64,000 nt of DNA, taken from the sequence record SRR31156797_661; one strand, written 5' to 3'. Below the pieces are notes generated by a model. It saw only the letters and a program-made list of their open reading frames with translations, searched no databases and was not told the DNA's origin. This document shows positions 7,849 to 17,376 of this stretch, one piece after another. Position 1 is the stretch's first letter; the number at the start of each line of letters is the position of its first letter. A program made the translations under genes and the position numbers.

Positions 7849-10251
7849 ATGAGCAAAGATTTGATTGTTGTTGAGTCCCCGGCAAAGGTGAAGACTATTA
7901 GTAAGTTTCTTGGCAGGAACTATCAGGTTGCTGCGTCCGTAGGTCACGTTCGCGACCTGCCCAAGAACAAGCTTGGAGTCGAAGAAGATGGTGATTTTAC
8001 CCCCCAGTATCAGGTCATTCCCGGCAAAGAGGATGTGGTCAATAAACTGAAGAAGGCAGCGGCAAAAGCCGACCATGTCTTCCTCGCACCTGACCCCGAC
8101 CGCGAAGGGGAGGCCATCGGCTGGCATGTGGCAGCCATTATCAAAGAAGTGAACGAGAACGTCAGTCGTATTCAGTTCAACGAAATTACCGCAAGGGCAG
8201 TAAAAGAAGCCCTTGAACATCCGCAGCCGCTCAATGAACAGCTTTTCGATTCCCAGCAGGCCCGCCGTATTCTGGACCGTCTGGTGGGTTACAAAATTTC
8301 TCCCATTCTTTGGAAAAAGGTAAAGAGGGGTATTTCCGCAGGGCGTGTACAGTCTGTTGCGCTCAAGCTCGTAGTGGAGCGTGAAAAAGCCCGTCGTGCT
8401 TTCATTCCTGAAGAATACTGGCTCTTCAAAGCCCATGTTGAAGGCAAAAATCCGCCGCCTTTCGTGGCCGATCTCTGGAAAGTGGACGGCAAAAAGGCTG
8501 AGATCGGTTCTGCTGATGAAGCAGAAGCTCTGCAGGGTAATGTAAAAGGTGTGCCTTTCGAGATCACTGATCTCACTGAAAAGGAACGCAAGCGCAATCC
8601 TCTGCCTCCTTACATTACTTCCACCTTGCAGCAGGACGCAAACCGCAGGCTCGGTTATTCCGCCAAGCGGACCATGACCCTTGCACAGCGTCTGTATGAA
8701 GGTGTCGAGCTTGGCGACAAGGGAACCACCGCACTGATTACCTATATGCGTACCGACTCCGTGCGTATCGCTAACGAAGCGCGTGATACCGCCAAGAAGG
8801 TCATCCTTGAAAAATATGGTGATGAGTTCTATCCGGCCAAGCCAAGGGTCTACAAATCCAAAGGCGGTGCGCAGGATGCTCACGAAGCCATCCGTCCGGT
8901 TGACGCAACAATTATGCCTGAAGACGTGAAACCTTTTTTGCCTGCGGACCAGTTCAAGGTCTACAAGCTTATCTGGAACCGCTTTATTGCTTCCCAGATG
9001 GCTCCGGCTCGTTTCTGGGATACCGTGGTTACCATTCAGGCCAAGAATACCATCTGGCGTTCCAAGGGTGAAAGGTTGCTCTTTCCCGGTTTTATGCGTG
9101 TTACCGGAAAGACCGGCGATGAAAAGCTCATCGAGCTTCCTAAGCTGGAAAAAGGCGAAGTTCTCAAGGTCGAGAAGATTGAGAGTGAACAGAAGTTTAC
9201 CCAGCCTCCGGCCCGTTATTCTGAAGCTTCACTTGTTCGTGAGCTGGAAGAAAAAGGTATCGGCCGTCCGTCTACTTACGCATCCATTATTTCTACCATT
9301 CAGGATCGCGGTTACGTGAATCTGGAGGAAAAGAAATTTATCCCCACTGAACTCGGTTTTGTGGTCAGTGACCAGCTTTCCGAGCATTTCAAGGAACTCA
9401 TGGATGTAGGGTTCACCGCTGCCATGGAAAAGCAGCTTGATGATGTTGCCGACGGTAAGATCGTGTGGACCTCGCTGATGAAAAATTTTGTGGATGGGTT
9501 TTACCCCACCCTTGAAACCGCTGCCAAGGAAATGAAGCGCGGTGGCGAGGATACCGGGATTACCTGCGATAAATGCGGTTCACCGATGGTTATCAAGTTC
9601 GGGCGTACCGGGGAATTTCTCGGCTGTTCCAACTACCCGGACTGTAAAAATATCGTTAACTTCACTCGTGATGAGAAAGGCCAGATTGTGGTTCTTGAGG
9701 AAGAGCCGCCGGAAGAGACAGGTGTCACCTGCGAAAAGTGCGGTAACCCTATGGCTATCAAGCGTTCCAATCGCGGTGAATTCCTCGGTTGTACCGGTTA
9801 TCCGGATTGCCGCAATATTAAGAATTTTGAGCGTGACGATGAAGGCAAGATCAAAGTTGTGGAAACTCCCACATCCCAGATTGTCGGCAAATGTCCAGAT
9901 TGTGATGGCGGCGATCTGATCATCAAGCATGCCCGCACCGGAAGCCGTTTCATCGCCTGTTCCAATTACCCGGACTGCAAGCACGCCAAACCTTTTTCAA
10001 CCGGGGTTAAATGTCCTCGTGATGGCTGTAAGGGTGAGCTGGTGGAAAAAAGCTCCCGACGTGGCAAGCTCTTTTACTCCTGTGATCAGTATCCGGATTG
10101 CGATTACGCAGTCTGGTATCCGCCCATTGATGGTCCCTGTCCCAAATGCGGCCATCCCGTGCTGGTTAAAAAGACCACCCGCGCCAAAGGCGAGCATATT
10201 GCGTGTCCCGAAAAAGGATGTGGTTATGTTCAGGGTGAGGAAGAAGGCTAA
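7849..10251 (+). CDS. topA: DNA topoisomerase I (type IA) with C-terminal C4 zinc ribbons
   Basis: TOPRIM motifs VESPAK and DPDREGE, SAGRVQ, catalytic ITYMRTD; about five Cys4 ribbons. Confidence 0.98.
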   Translation: MSKDLIVVESPAKVKTISKFLGRNYQVAASVGHVRDLPKNKLGVEEDGDFTPQYQVIPGKEDVVNKLKKAAAKADHVFLAPDPDREGEAIGWHVAAIIKEVNENVSRIQFNEITARAVKEALEHPQPLNEQLFDSQQARRILDRLVGYKISPILWKKVKRGISAGRVQSVALKLVVEREKARRAFIPEEYWLFKAHVEGKNPPPFVADLWKVDGKKAEIGSADEAEALQGNVKGVPFEITDLTEKERKRNPLPPYITSTLQQDANRRLGYSAKRTMTLAQRLYEGVELGDKGTTALITYMRTDSVRIANEARDTAKKVILEKYGDEFYPAKPRVYKSKGGAQDAHEAIRPVDATIMPEDVKPFLPADQFKVYKLIWNRFIASQMAPARFWDTVVTIQAKNTIWRSKGERLLFPGFMRVTGKTGDEKLIELPKLEKGEVLKVEKIESEQKFTQPPARYSEASLVRELEEKGIGRPSTYASIISTIQDRGYVNLEEKKFIPTELGFVVSDQLSEHFKELMDVGFTAAMEKQLDDVADGKIVWTSLMKNFVDGFYPTLETAAKEMKRGGEDTGITCDKCGSPMVIKFGRTGEFLGCSNYPDCKNIVNFTRDEKGQIVVLEEEPPEETGVTCEKCGNPMAIKRSNRGEFLGCTGYPDCRNIKNFERDDEGKIKVVETPTSQIVGKCPDCDGGDLIIKHARTGSRFIACSNYPDCKHAKPFSTGVKCPRDGCKGELVEKSSRRGKLFYSCDQYPDCDYAVWYPPIDGPCPKCGHPVLVKKTTRAKGEHIACPEKGCGYVQGEEEG

Positions 10252-10257
10252 CTGTTT

Positions 10258-10273
10258 GGTTTCACGTGAAACT
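10258..10273. promoter_or_regulatory. parS site
   Basis: gGTTTCACGTGAAACt, with a 14-bp perfect palindromic core of the TGTTTCACGTGAAACA consensus. Confidence 0.85.
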
Positions 10274-10315
10274 AGAATAACTCTAGAAAAATTCTAGATA
10301 AATATTAGATCAATT
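10272..10315. repeat. Four degenerate 11-bp tandem repeats
   Basis: CTAGAATAACT / CTAGAAAAATT / CTAGATAAATA / TTAGATCAATT. Confidence 0.6.
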
Positions 10316-10350
10316 AAACCCTTCCTGATCGATAATTGGGAAGGGTTTTT
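10316..10350 (+). terminator. Intrinsic terminator after topA
   Basis: aaacccttcc...ggaagggttttt. Confidence 0.75.
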
Positions 10351-10427
10351 CCAATTGGCGTGTCTTTGTTTTTTCGTGTACTTTGAGCGCCAAAGACTGA
10401 ATAAACTTTTTTTTGAGGTAATAAAAA

Positions 10428-11342
10428 ATGTCTGAATATAAATTTGGTTGGGTAGCTTTGATCGGTCCCCCCAACGCTGGTAAATCCACTCTCATGAATC
10501 ACTATCTGGGCCAGAAGGTGGCAATTGTCTCGCCTAAACCCCAGACTACACGTAACCGCATCAGCGGTATCCTGAGTGATGAAAATTCACAGGTTGTCTT
10601 TCTGGACACCCCCGGTATCCATCGCATGCGCGGTAAGATGAACCGTTTCCTGCTCGATTCCGCTTGGGAAGCTCTGGGCAATGCTGATGCTATCGTGGTT
10701 CTTTTTGACGCTGCTCTTTACGCTGCCAAACCCCATCTTATGGAACAGGAACTGGCTCCGGTTGTTAAGCCGGTCAACCAGTCCAATAAGAAATTGTTCG
10801 TTGCAGTAAACAAAATCGATAAGGTCAAAGATAAGGCCAAATTGCTTCCGGTCATGGAGAAGGCTCAGGAATTATGGCCTGAAGCTGAATTCATTCCTGT
10901 TTCCGCCCTGAAAGGTGATGGCGCTGATGTATTGCTGGAAAAGGTTGTTGAGACCCTGCCTGAAGGCCCGCCTATGTTTCCGGAAGATCAGGTTTCTACT
11001 GTACCTATGCGTTTCATGGCCGCAGAGACCGTGCGTGAAAAGCTGTTCATGAGCCTGCAGCAGGAATTGCCTTATTCCACAGCGGTTGAGATTGAATTCT
11101 GGACCGAGGAGACTGAGCGTAATCTGGTCAATATCGGAGCTATCATTTACACCACCAAGAAGAATCACAAAGGCATGATCATCGGTAAGGGTGGACAGAA
11201 CTTGAAGAAAATTGGTTCTCAGGCCAGAAAAGAGCTGGAAGAGATGCTTGAGATGAAAGTTATGCTCGAACTTTGGGTTAAAGTCCGTGAAGGCTGGACC
11301 GAAGATGTGGGTTTCCTGCGTTCACTTGGGCTTGGCGAGTAG
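10428..11342 (+). CDS. era: GTPase Era
   Basis: GPPNAGKST, PQTTR, DTPG, NKID and a KH domain (IIGKGG, LWVKV). Confidence 0.97.
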   Translation: MSEYKFGWVALIGPPNAGKSTLMNHYLGQKVAIVSPKPQTTRNRISGILSDENSQVVFLDTPGIHRMRGKMNRFLLDSAWEALGNADAIVVLFDAALYAAKPHLMEQELAPVVKPVNQSNKKLFVAVNKIDKVKDKAKLLPVMEKAQELWPEAEFIPVSALKGDGADVLLEKVVETLPEGPPMFPEDQVSTVPMRFMAAETVREKLFMSLQQELPYSTAVEIEFWTEETERNLVNIGAIIYTTKKNHKGMIIGKGGQNLKKIGSQARKELEEMLEMKVMLELWVKVREGWTEDVGFLRSLGLGE

Positions 11343-11416
11343 TCAATTCAGCGAAATCTTGTCCTTTTGTTTTCTTTTTATTAAAGAAATTTATATAATC
11401 AACCGAATTTTAATGT

Positions 11417-12151
11417 ATGCCGCTTACTAAAAACGGCAGTTTGACGATGAGTAACAGGGAAAAAGAACTTATTGAAAATCTTTCAGAGGTTAAGGAAGAA
11501 GTGGCTCAGGCCTGCTTGCGGGCCGGGCGTAAACCGGAAGATGTTACCGTAATGGCAGTCTCCAAACTTCATGCCGCCTCTGATATTGAAATTTTGTACA
11601 ATGCCGGGCATCGCTGCTTTGGGGAATCCTATGTGCAGGAGGCTCTTGCCAAGCAGGAAGAGCTGTCCGGTCTGGATATTGACTGGCATTTTATCGGCGG
11701 CCTGCAGTCCAAGAAGGCCAAACAGGTGGCCGGAAAGTTCTGCGCCGTGCACAGTGTGGATTCTTCCAAACTGGCCGGACTGCTGAACAAGAAAGCCGAA
11801 GCATTGGGTGTGGTCCAGAATATTCTCATTCAGGTGAATACCGCGAGTGAGGATCAGAAAAGCGGGGTCAGCGAGGAATCTCTCCCGGCTTTGGTAGAAG
11901 AAATTCTGGGCTACAAAAACCTTAAGTTGACCGGATTGATGGCTCTACCTCCATTTTTCGGTGATCCGGAAGGGGCAAGGCCTTATTTTGCAAGGTTGCG
12001 CATGCTTTCTGAAGGTATGGAAAAGCTTTTCGGAATCAAGTTGCCGGAACTCTCCATGGGCATGACCGGAGATTTCCGGGTAGCCATTGAGGAAGGTTCT
12101 ACCATGATCAGGGTCGGGACTAAGATTTTTGGCACTAGACCGGGATACTAA
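11417..12151 (+). CDS. yggS: PLP homeostasis protein (YggS family)
   Basis: AVSK, FGESYVQE, WHFIG.LQ and LSMGM motifs; start may be ATG 11447. Confidence 0.95.
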   Translation: MPLTKNGSLTMSNREKELIENLSEVKEEVAQACLRAGRKPEDVTVMAVSKLHAASDIEILYNAGHRCFGESYVQEALAKQEELSGLDIDWHFIGGLQSKKAKQVAGKFCAVHSVDSSKLAGLLNKKAEALGVVQNILIQVNTASEDQKSGVSEESLPALVEEILGYKNLKLTGLMALPPFFGDPEGARPYFARLRMLSEGMEKLFGIKLPELSMGMTGDFRVAIEEGSTMIRVGTKIFGTRPGY

Positions 12152-12178
12152 ACCTTAAAACACCCACAGGCGGACTGA

Positions 12179-12940
12179 ATGGATCTGGGTACAGTAATAG
12201 GAATAGTTCTTTCTTTCGGACTTGTGCTTTCGGCTATTCTGGTCGGAAGTCCTCTGGGTATTTTTATTTCCGTTCCCTCTGTGCTGATCGTTATCGGCGG
12301 GACCATCGGGGCCTCGCTGGTCAACTATCCCATGGGTCATGTGCTAGGCGTTGTTGGGGTTATTAAGAAGACTTTTTTTTCCAGTCTTGAATCCCCTGGT
12401 GAGATCATCGATAAGTTCATGGATTTTGCCAACCGCGCCCGCCGTGAAGGCATCCTTTCCCTTGAACCTGCCTTGAAATCCATTGAAGACGACTTTTTGC
12501 GTAAAGGGCTGCAACTTACTGTTGACGGCCTTGAGCCGCAGGTTATTCAGGAAATTCTGGAAACAGAAATCCAGTACCTTGAGAATAGACATGAAACCGG
12601 GGCTGAGATCCTGAAGATTTTTGCCGACTTTGCTCCGGCTATGGGTATGATCGGTACAGTTATCGGGCTGGTACAGATGCTCCAGACCATGAGTGATCCC
12701 AGTACAATCGGTCCGGCAATGGCGGTTGCGCTGTTGACCACTCTTTATGGTGCGATTCTGGCCAACCTTGTTTTCACACCTATGTCAGGAAAGCTCAAAA
12801 CCCGCAGCAAGGAGGAAATCCTGCTCCGGGAGATGGTCATGGAAGGCATTATTTCAATTTCCAAAGGTGAGAACCCCAAGATCATTGAGGAAAAGTTGAA
12901 TAGCTTCCTGCCTCCGAAAATCAGAAAGATTACTGATTAG
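12179..12940 (+). CDS. motA: Flagellar stator A subunit (MotA/PomA type)
   Basis: ARREGILSLE rotor-contact motif, PAMGMIGT, ALLTTLYG. Confidence 0.93.
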   Translation: MDLGTVIGIVLSFGLVLSAILVGSPLGIFISVPSVLIVIGGTIGASLVNYPMGHVLGVVGVIKKTFFSSLESPGEIIDKFMDFANRARREGILSLEPALKSIEDDFLRKGLQLTVDGLEPQVIQEILETEIQYLENRHETGAEILKIFADFAPAMGMIGTVIGLVQMLQTMSDPSTIGPAMAVALLTTLYGAILANLVFTPMSGKLKTRSKEEILLREMVMEGIISISKGENPKIIEEKLNSFLPPKIRKITD

Positions 12941-12998
12941 CGGGGCATAGTTTTATTGTGTACTGGGCCGGTTCAGCAAATGTTTGAACGGGGGATTG

Positions 12999-13829
12999 AT
13001 GGGTAGGAAGAAAAAGCCGCAAGAGCCTGAAGGTCAGCCTTTATGGCTGATTACCTTCAGTGACCTGATGACCCTGATGCTCACTTTTTTTGTATTGCTG
13101 GTGAGTATGTCGGTTGTTGACGAGCGTCGTAAGATGGTTGTTCTCGGCTCCATTATCGGTACGTTCGGGTTCGGATCCAAGGGATTCGATGTTCTTTCCG
13201 ATACCCAGTCCCGCAAAACCGTTCAGGTCGGCCCCATGGAGCTACAGGAAGACCTTGAGCCCATTAAACCGTTGCTTTGGGAATTTGCGGAAGAAGATTT
13301 GCGTTTTGAATCCAATCGCTTCGTGCAGATTCTTTCTATTGGAGCTGATGTTTTATTCACACCGGACAGCACTAATATCTCCCTCGAAGGTACACGCATC
13401 CTCGATACCGTTCTTCCGGTTCTGAAAAGAGTCAAGCACCCTGTACTGGTTGCCGGGCATACCTCAATCCTGCGCGATGAGCTGGGCGAGGATTACCGGG
13501 TGGAAGATCGGGATCTTACCCCGGATATTTCATGGAAGATTTCTCTGAACAGATCCCTTGCTGTTTATAATTATCTGATCCGCAATGGCATGAATTCAGA
13601 GATGCTTAAGATTGAGGCTTTTGGAAAATTTCGGCCCCGGCATCCTAACTCCACTCCTGAAGGTCGCAAGATGAACCGCAGAGTGGACCTTGTTCTTGAT
13701 ACACGTAGCGCTGCTGTTTCCAAGGAGATCAGGGAGTATCAGCCTCCGCGTAAGGAAGATGACAAATTCAAGTTTGATGATTTTGTCTTCCCCATCGGTG
13801 ATGCCGAAAAACCGCCTAAGGGCCAGTGA
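12999..13829 (+). CDS. motB: Stator B subunit (MotB/OmpA-like), copy 1
   Basis: WLITFSDLMTL TM segment with conserved Asp; OmpA-like domain ending NRRV. Confidence 0.88.
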   Translation: MGRKKKPQEPEGQPLWLITFSDLMTLMLTFFVLLVSMSVVDERRKMVVLGSIIGTFGFGSKGFDVLSDTQSRKTVQVGPMELQEDLEPIKPLLWEFAEEDLRFESNRFVQILSIGADVLFTPDSTNISLEGTRILDTVLPVLKRVKHPVLVAGHTSILRDELGEDYRVEDRDLTPDISWKISLNRSLAVYNYLIRNGMNSEMLKIEAFGKFRPRHPNSTPEGRKMNRRVDLVLDTRSAAVSKEIREYQPPRKEDDKFKFDDFVFPIGDAEKPPKGQ

Positions 13830-13838
13830 GGGTGATCC

Positions 13839-14567
13839 ATGGGCCGCGATAAAGTAAAAAAGCCGCCGGATCCGGGTGGGGGATGGCTGGTCACATTCTC
13901 TGATTTGGTTACCCTGCTTTTGACTTTTTTTGTGCTCTTGCTAAGTATGGCTTCAATGGACCAGAGTTTTATCACTCGGGTTACTATTATGCCTGCGGAA
14001 CTCGGTTTCCTTGATAAGCGTGGTTCCGGGCGCGTAACAGCCAAGATAAAGCTGGTCAGTGAATTTCTGGAGCGGCCTTGGGAAGTGCTTGAAAAACAGA
14101 ACCGGATCAAGGATCTGCTTTTTCCGGACGATGTTTTGCCGCCGGATATGGACCGGGCTACACTTGAAGAAAACCTGAAGGTTCTTGCCAAGCCTGAAGG
14201 GGTGGCTCTGGTGCTTACAGATAAGCTCATGTTTCCCCTTGGGAAGTCTGAACTTGACGAGAGGGCAAAAAGATTGCTTTACCAATTGGTTCCGGTGCTT
14301 GATTATCTTGGCTCAGCTGATGTGAATATTGCCGGGTATACGGATGATGTGGGTGGTATGAGGTCATCCAACTTTCAGTTATCCGGAGAGCGGGCCATGG
14401 CCGTGCTTACATATTTTGTGGAGCAGGGCATTATGAATGATCGTTTGACAGTATCCGCTTGCGGTCCGACTTTTCCGTTGTACAGTAACACAACACCGGA
14501 AGGGCGCGCACAGAATAGGCGGGTTGAAATTTTGATAAAGACGACTCCCCCTATGGGGGGCTATTAG
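13839..14567 (+). CDS. motB: Stator B subunit (MotB/OmpA-like), copy 2
   Basis: WLVTFSDLVTL; GYTDD, LSGERA, NRRVE. Confidence 0.88.
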   Translation: MGRDKVKKPPDPGGGWLVTFSDLVTLLLTFFVLLLSMASMDQSFITRVTIMPAELGFLDKRGSGRVTAKIKLVSEFLERPWEVLEKQNRIKDLLFPDDVLPPDMDRATLEENLKVLAKPEGVALVLTDKLMFPLGKSELDERAKRLLYQLVPVLDYLGSADVNIAGYTDDVGGMRSSNFQLSGERAMAVLTYFVEQGIMNDRLTVSACGPTFPLYSNTTPEGRAQNRRVEILIKTTPPMGGY

Positions 14568-14596
14568 CTCAGTACAAATACTTAAGAGGGTGAATC

Positions 14597-15097
14597 ATGG
14601 CTGATGAAGGTCAGGAACCGAAAAAGAAAGGCGGAATGCTGAAGTGGATAATTCTTATCCTGCTTCTTGCTATACTTGGTGGCGGTGGTTTTTTCGCCTA
14701 CAAGAAATTTTTTGCCGCCCAGCCTGAAGATGCTGTGGAAGAACCTAAGGAAGATCAGGCCGCTGAGGGTGAAGATCCTGGGACACTTCCCGGTGACGGT
14801 TTTACCGTTACCCTGCCTACTTTTGTAGTCAACCTTGCTGACCCGCTCGGCCGCAGGTATTTAAAACTTGGAATTGATGTTGAGGTTGTCAGCGAAGAGG
14901 CTGTGGCTGAGCTTTCCAAGAAAGAACCTATGGTTAAGGATACGCTTATCCTGCTTCTTTCCAGCAAGACTTATCAGGATCTTTCCACTATGGAGAGTAA
15001 GATTCTCCTGAAAAAGGAAATTGTGGACCGGCTGAACCAGATTTTGGGCGGCTCTAAGGTTTTACAGGTATATTTTACGGATATGGTTATCCAGTAG
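14597..15097 (+). CDS. fliL: Flagellar basal body-associated protein FliL
   Basis: N-terminal TM, FVVNLAD...RYLK, VYFTDMVIQ. Confidence 0.93.
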   Translation: MADEGQEPKKKGGMLKWIILILLLAILGGGGFFAYKKFFAAQPEDAVEEPKEDQAAEGEDPGTLPGDGFTVTLPTFVVNLADPLGRRYLKLGIDVEVVSEEAVAELSKKEPMVKDTLILLLSSKTYQDLSTMESKILLKKEIVDRLNQILGGSKVLQVYFTDMVIQ

Positions 15098-15192
15098 CAC
15101 GGTTTTTGCTTAACCCATTGATGGTGTGTCGATTTTATGTCGTCAGGACTGTTTTTACGGATGGCCAATGAATAATCCGGAGGTAGGCTGCA

Positions 15193-15885
15193 ATGATGTC
15201 AGATGATCTTGATCAGGATAAACTAGCGCAGGAGTGGGCGGACGCACTCACTGACGATTCCGCAGGTGGTGACCCTCTGGGTGGTGATCCTGGTGACGGC
15301 AATGATGAGGCTTTGGCCGACGAATGGGCTGCTGCTCTGTCGGAGCAGGATGATAGCGGAGCCACTGATGAGGACGCCCTTGCCAATGAATGGGCGGCAG
15401 CACTTGGCGAGCAGGGTGATGAAGGTGGCGGCGAAATGGATCTCGGCGGCGGTGGCGGAGGTGGTGACGATGCCCTTGCTGATGAGTGGGCGGCTGCACT
15501 GGCTGAAGATACCGGCGATGATATTCGTAAGGAAAAGGAGCAGGAATTCCTGCGTACTCAGACCCGTGATGCTGACTTTAAAGACCTGACCAATGAGGCC
15601 AAGAACCCGCGCCATGATGGTTCAAGACGTGACCTTGATTTTATTCTCGATATTCCGCTGGATGTTTCCGCTGAACTTGGCCGGGCTAAGATGCTCATCA
15701 ATGAACTTTTACAATTGGGAACCGGATCGGTTGTGGAATTAACCAAGCTGGCCGGGGAACCACTCGAAATTTATGTTAACGGCAAACTAGTCGCTCGTGG
15801 AGAAGCTGTTGTTATTAATGAAAAATTCGGTATAAGGCTGACTGATATCATTAGCCCCATTGAAAGGGTTAAGCACCTTGCCTAA
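15193..15885 (+). CDS. fliN: Flagellar motor switch protein FliN with repetitive acidic N-terminus
   Basis: C-terminal SpoA domain LDFILDIPL...GEAVVINEKFGIR; four LAxEWAxAL repeats. Confidence 0.93.
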   Translation: MMSDDLDQDKLAQEWADALTDDSAGGDPLGGDPGDGNDEALADEWAAALSEQDDSGATDEDALANEWAAALGEQGDEGGGEMDLGGGGGGGDDALADEWAAALAEDTGDDIRKEKEQEFLRTQTRDADFKDLTNEAKNPRHDGSRRDLDFILDIPLDVSAELGRAKMLINELLQLGTGSVVELTKLAGEPLEIYVNGKLVARGEAVVINEKFGIRLTDIISPIERVKHLA

Positions 15886-16243
15886 TGCAACTGCAACTAC
15901 ACTCATGGCGCCAGAGACCGGGCTTGATTCTGTGCTTAAGATGTCGGCAGCGCTTTTTCTTATTCTGGCAATGCTGCTTCTGGCTTATTATTTTATGCGT
16001 CGCTTGAATATCGGGGGTTCTTTTCCCGGTACCAGAAAAGGCGCACTGGAGATTGTGGACCGGCTTCCGCTGGGCCCGCGCCAGAATATTACTGTGGTCA
16101 GGTATCGCGACCGTGAAATGGTGGTCGGTGTTACTCAGGAAAATATTACTCTGCTCCATGCAAGGGATGAAGGGCATGCAAAGATTGATTCTGATTTTGC
16201 CGGATATCTTGAAAAAGAAAGTTCCGGCTCTTCTGACTCTTAG
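15878..16243 (+). CDS. fliO: Flagellar biosynthesis protein FliO
   Basis: One TM then LPLGPRQNITVV...VVGVT; lies between fliN and fliP; start uncertain (TTG 15878 or ATG 15905). Confidence 0.85.
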   Translation: MPNATATTLMAPETGLDSVLKMSAALFLILAMLLLAYYFMRRLNIGGSFPGTRKGALEIVDRLPLGPRQNITVVRYRDREMVVGVTQENITLLHARDEGHAKIDSDFAGYLEKESSGSSDS

Positions 16244-16967
16244 CGCTATTTTTCTGCTGCTGATTCCGGCAGCGGTTTATGCCCAGGAGACAGTACCCAC
16301 CCTTACGCTCAATCTTGCGGCCGGACAGGAAGAGCCAGAGCAGGTTGCCAAACTTCTGGAAATCCTGTTCCTGCTGACTATTCTGGGTATGGCTCCGTCC
16401 ATTTTGCTGACCATGACTTCCTTTACCCGGATCATCATTGTTTTTCATTTCCTGCGTCAGGCCATGGGAACGCAGCAGATGCCTCCCAACCAGATTTTGG
16501 CTTCCCTCGCTATTTTCATGACCGTTGTCATTATGATGCCTACCGGGAAGGCTGTTAACGATGCAGCCTTGCAGCCTTATCTTAATGAGGAAATTGGTTT
16601 TAAAGAGGCCATAGACCGGGCGCAGGTTCCCATCAGGACTTTTTTATTCAAGCATACCCGAGAGAAAGACCTTTCCATTTTTTATTCCATCACCGGTGAA
16701 AAGCGGCCTGAAACCAAAGAGGACGTCAATACTATGCTCCTCGTTGCCGCTTATACCATCAGTGAGTTGAAGACCGGATTTACCATTGGCTTTTTGATCT
16801 ATGTGCCGTTTTTGATTCTTGATATGGTTATCGCCAGTATTCTGCTGGCTATGGGTATGATGATGCTGCCCCCGGCAATGGTTTCGTTGCCGTTTAAAAT
16901 TTTACTGTTCATCATGGTTGACGGGTGGTCGCTTTTGACGGGTTCAATCGTCAACACGTTCCAGTGA
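16176..16967 (+). CDS. fliP: Flagellar export gate protein FliP
   Basis: TSFTRIIIV, QQMPPNQ, GMMMLPP, DGW motifs. Confidence 0.96.
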   Translation: MQRLILILPDILKKKVPALLTLSAIFLLLIPAAVYAQETVPTLTLNLAAGQEEPEQVAKLLEILFLLTILGMAPSILLTMTSFTRIIIVFHFLRQAMGTQQMPPNQILASLAIFMTVVIMMPTGKAVNDAALQPYLNEEIGFKEAIDRAQVPIRTFLFKHTREKDLSIFYSITGEKRPETKEDVNTMLLVAAYTISELKTGFTIGFLIYVPFLILDMVIASILLAMGMMMLPPAMVSLPFKILLFIMVDGWSLLTGSIVNTFQ

Positions 16968-17009
16968 CCCGGGCAGTAGTGCGTTTTTTTTACGCGGAGG
17001 CATAGAAAA

Positions 17010-17279
17010 ATGACCCCAGAATTTGTTATTGGATTTGCAAAACAGTCTATTGAACTGGCCCTGACTCTGGCTCTGCCCATGCTCATGGTCGGGCTGGTTG
17101 TGGGTATTTTTGTTTCCGTTATTCAGGCCGCTACCCAGATTCAGGAAATGACCCTGACTTTTGTTCCCAAGATCGTTTCCATGTTTTTGGCTCTGCTTTT
17201 TGCTTTTCCATGGATTATGGATAAAATGATTGATTTTACTCGCAATATTTTTCTGAATTTGCCCAACTATATTAAGTAG
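17010..17279 (+). CDS. fliQ: Flagellar export gate protein FliQ
   Basis: QAATQIQEMTLTFVPK. Confidence 0.96.
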   Translation: MTPEFVIGFAKQSIELALTLALPMLMVGLVVGIFVSVIQAATQIQEMTLTFVPKIVSMFLALLFAFPWIMDKMIDFTRNIFLNLPNYIK

Positions 17280-17307
17280 AGATTTTTAAGATTATTTCTA
17301 AAAAATT

Positions 17308-17346
17308 GCCCCCTGAAGAAAAGCTTATCTTCAGGGGGCTTACTTT
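17308..17346. terminator. Hairpin terminator between convergent fliQ and the methyltransferase gene
   Basis: gccccctgaaga...tcttcagggggc. Confidence 0.8.
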
Positions 17347-17376
17347 ATGTCTGTCCGAACAGAAATATATATTAAT

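Noticed and set aside
7738-8883. 381-aa antisense ORF over topA
   Set aside because: Shadow ORF opposite a conserved gene with biased codon use; no motifs.
9550-10230. Repeated Cys motifs in topA as a novelty
   Set aside because: Multiple C4 zinc ribbons are a normal feature of bacterial topoisomerase I.
15214-15504. CRISPR-like repeat-spacer array
   Set aside because: The repeats are in-frame protein repeats with synonymous variation inside fliN, and no cas genes are present.
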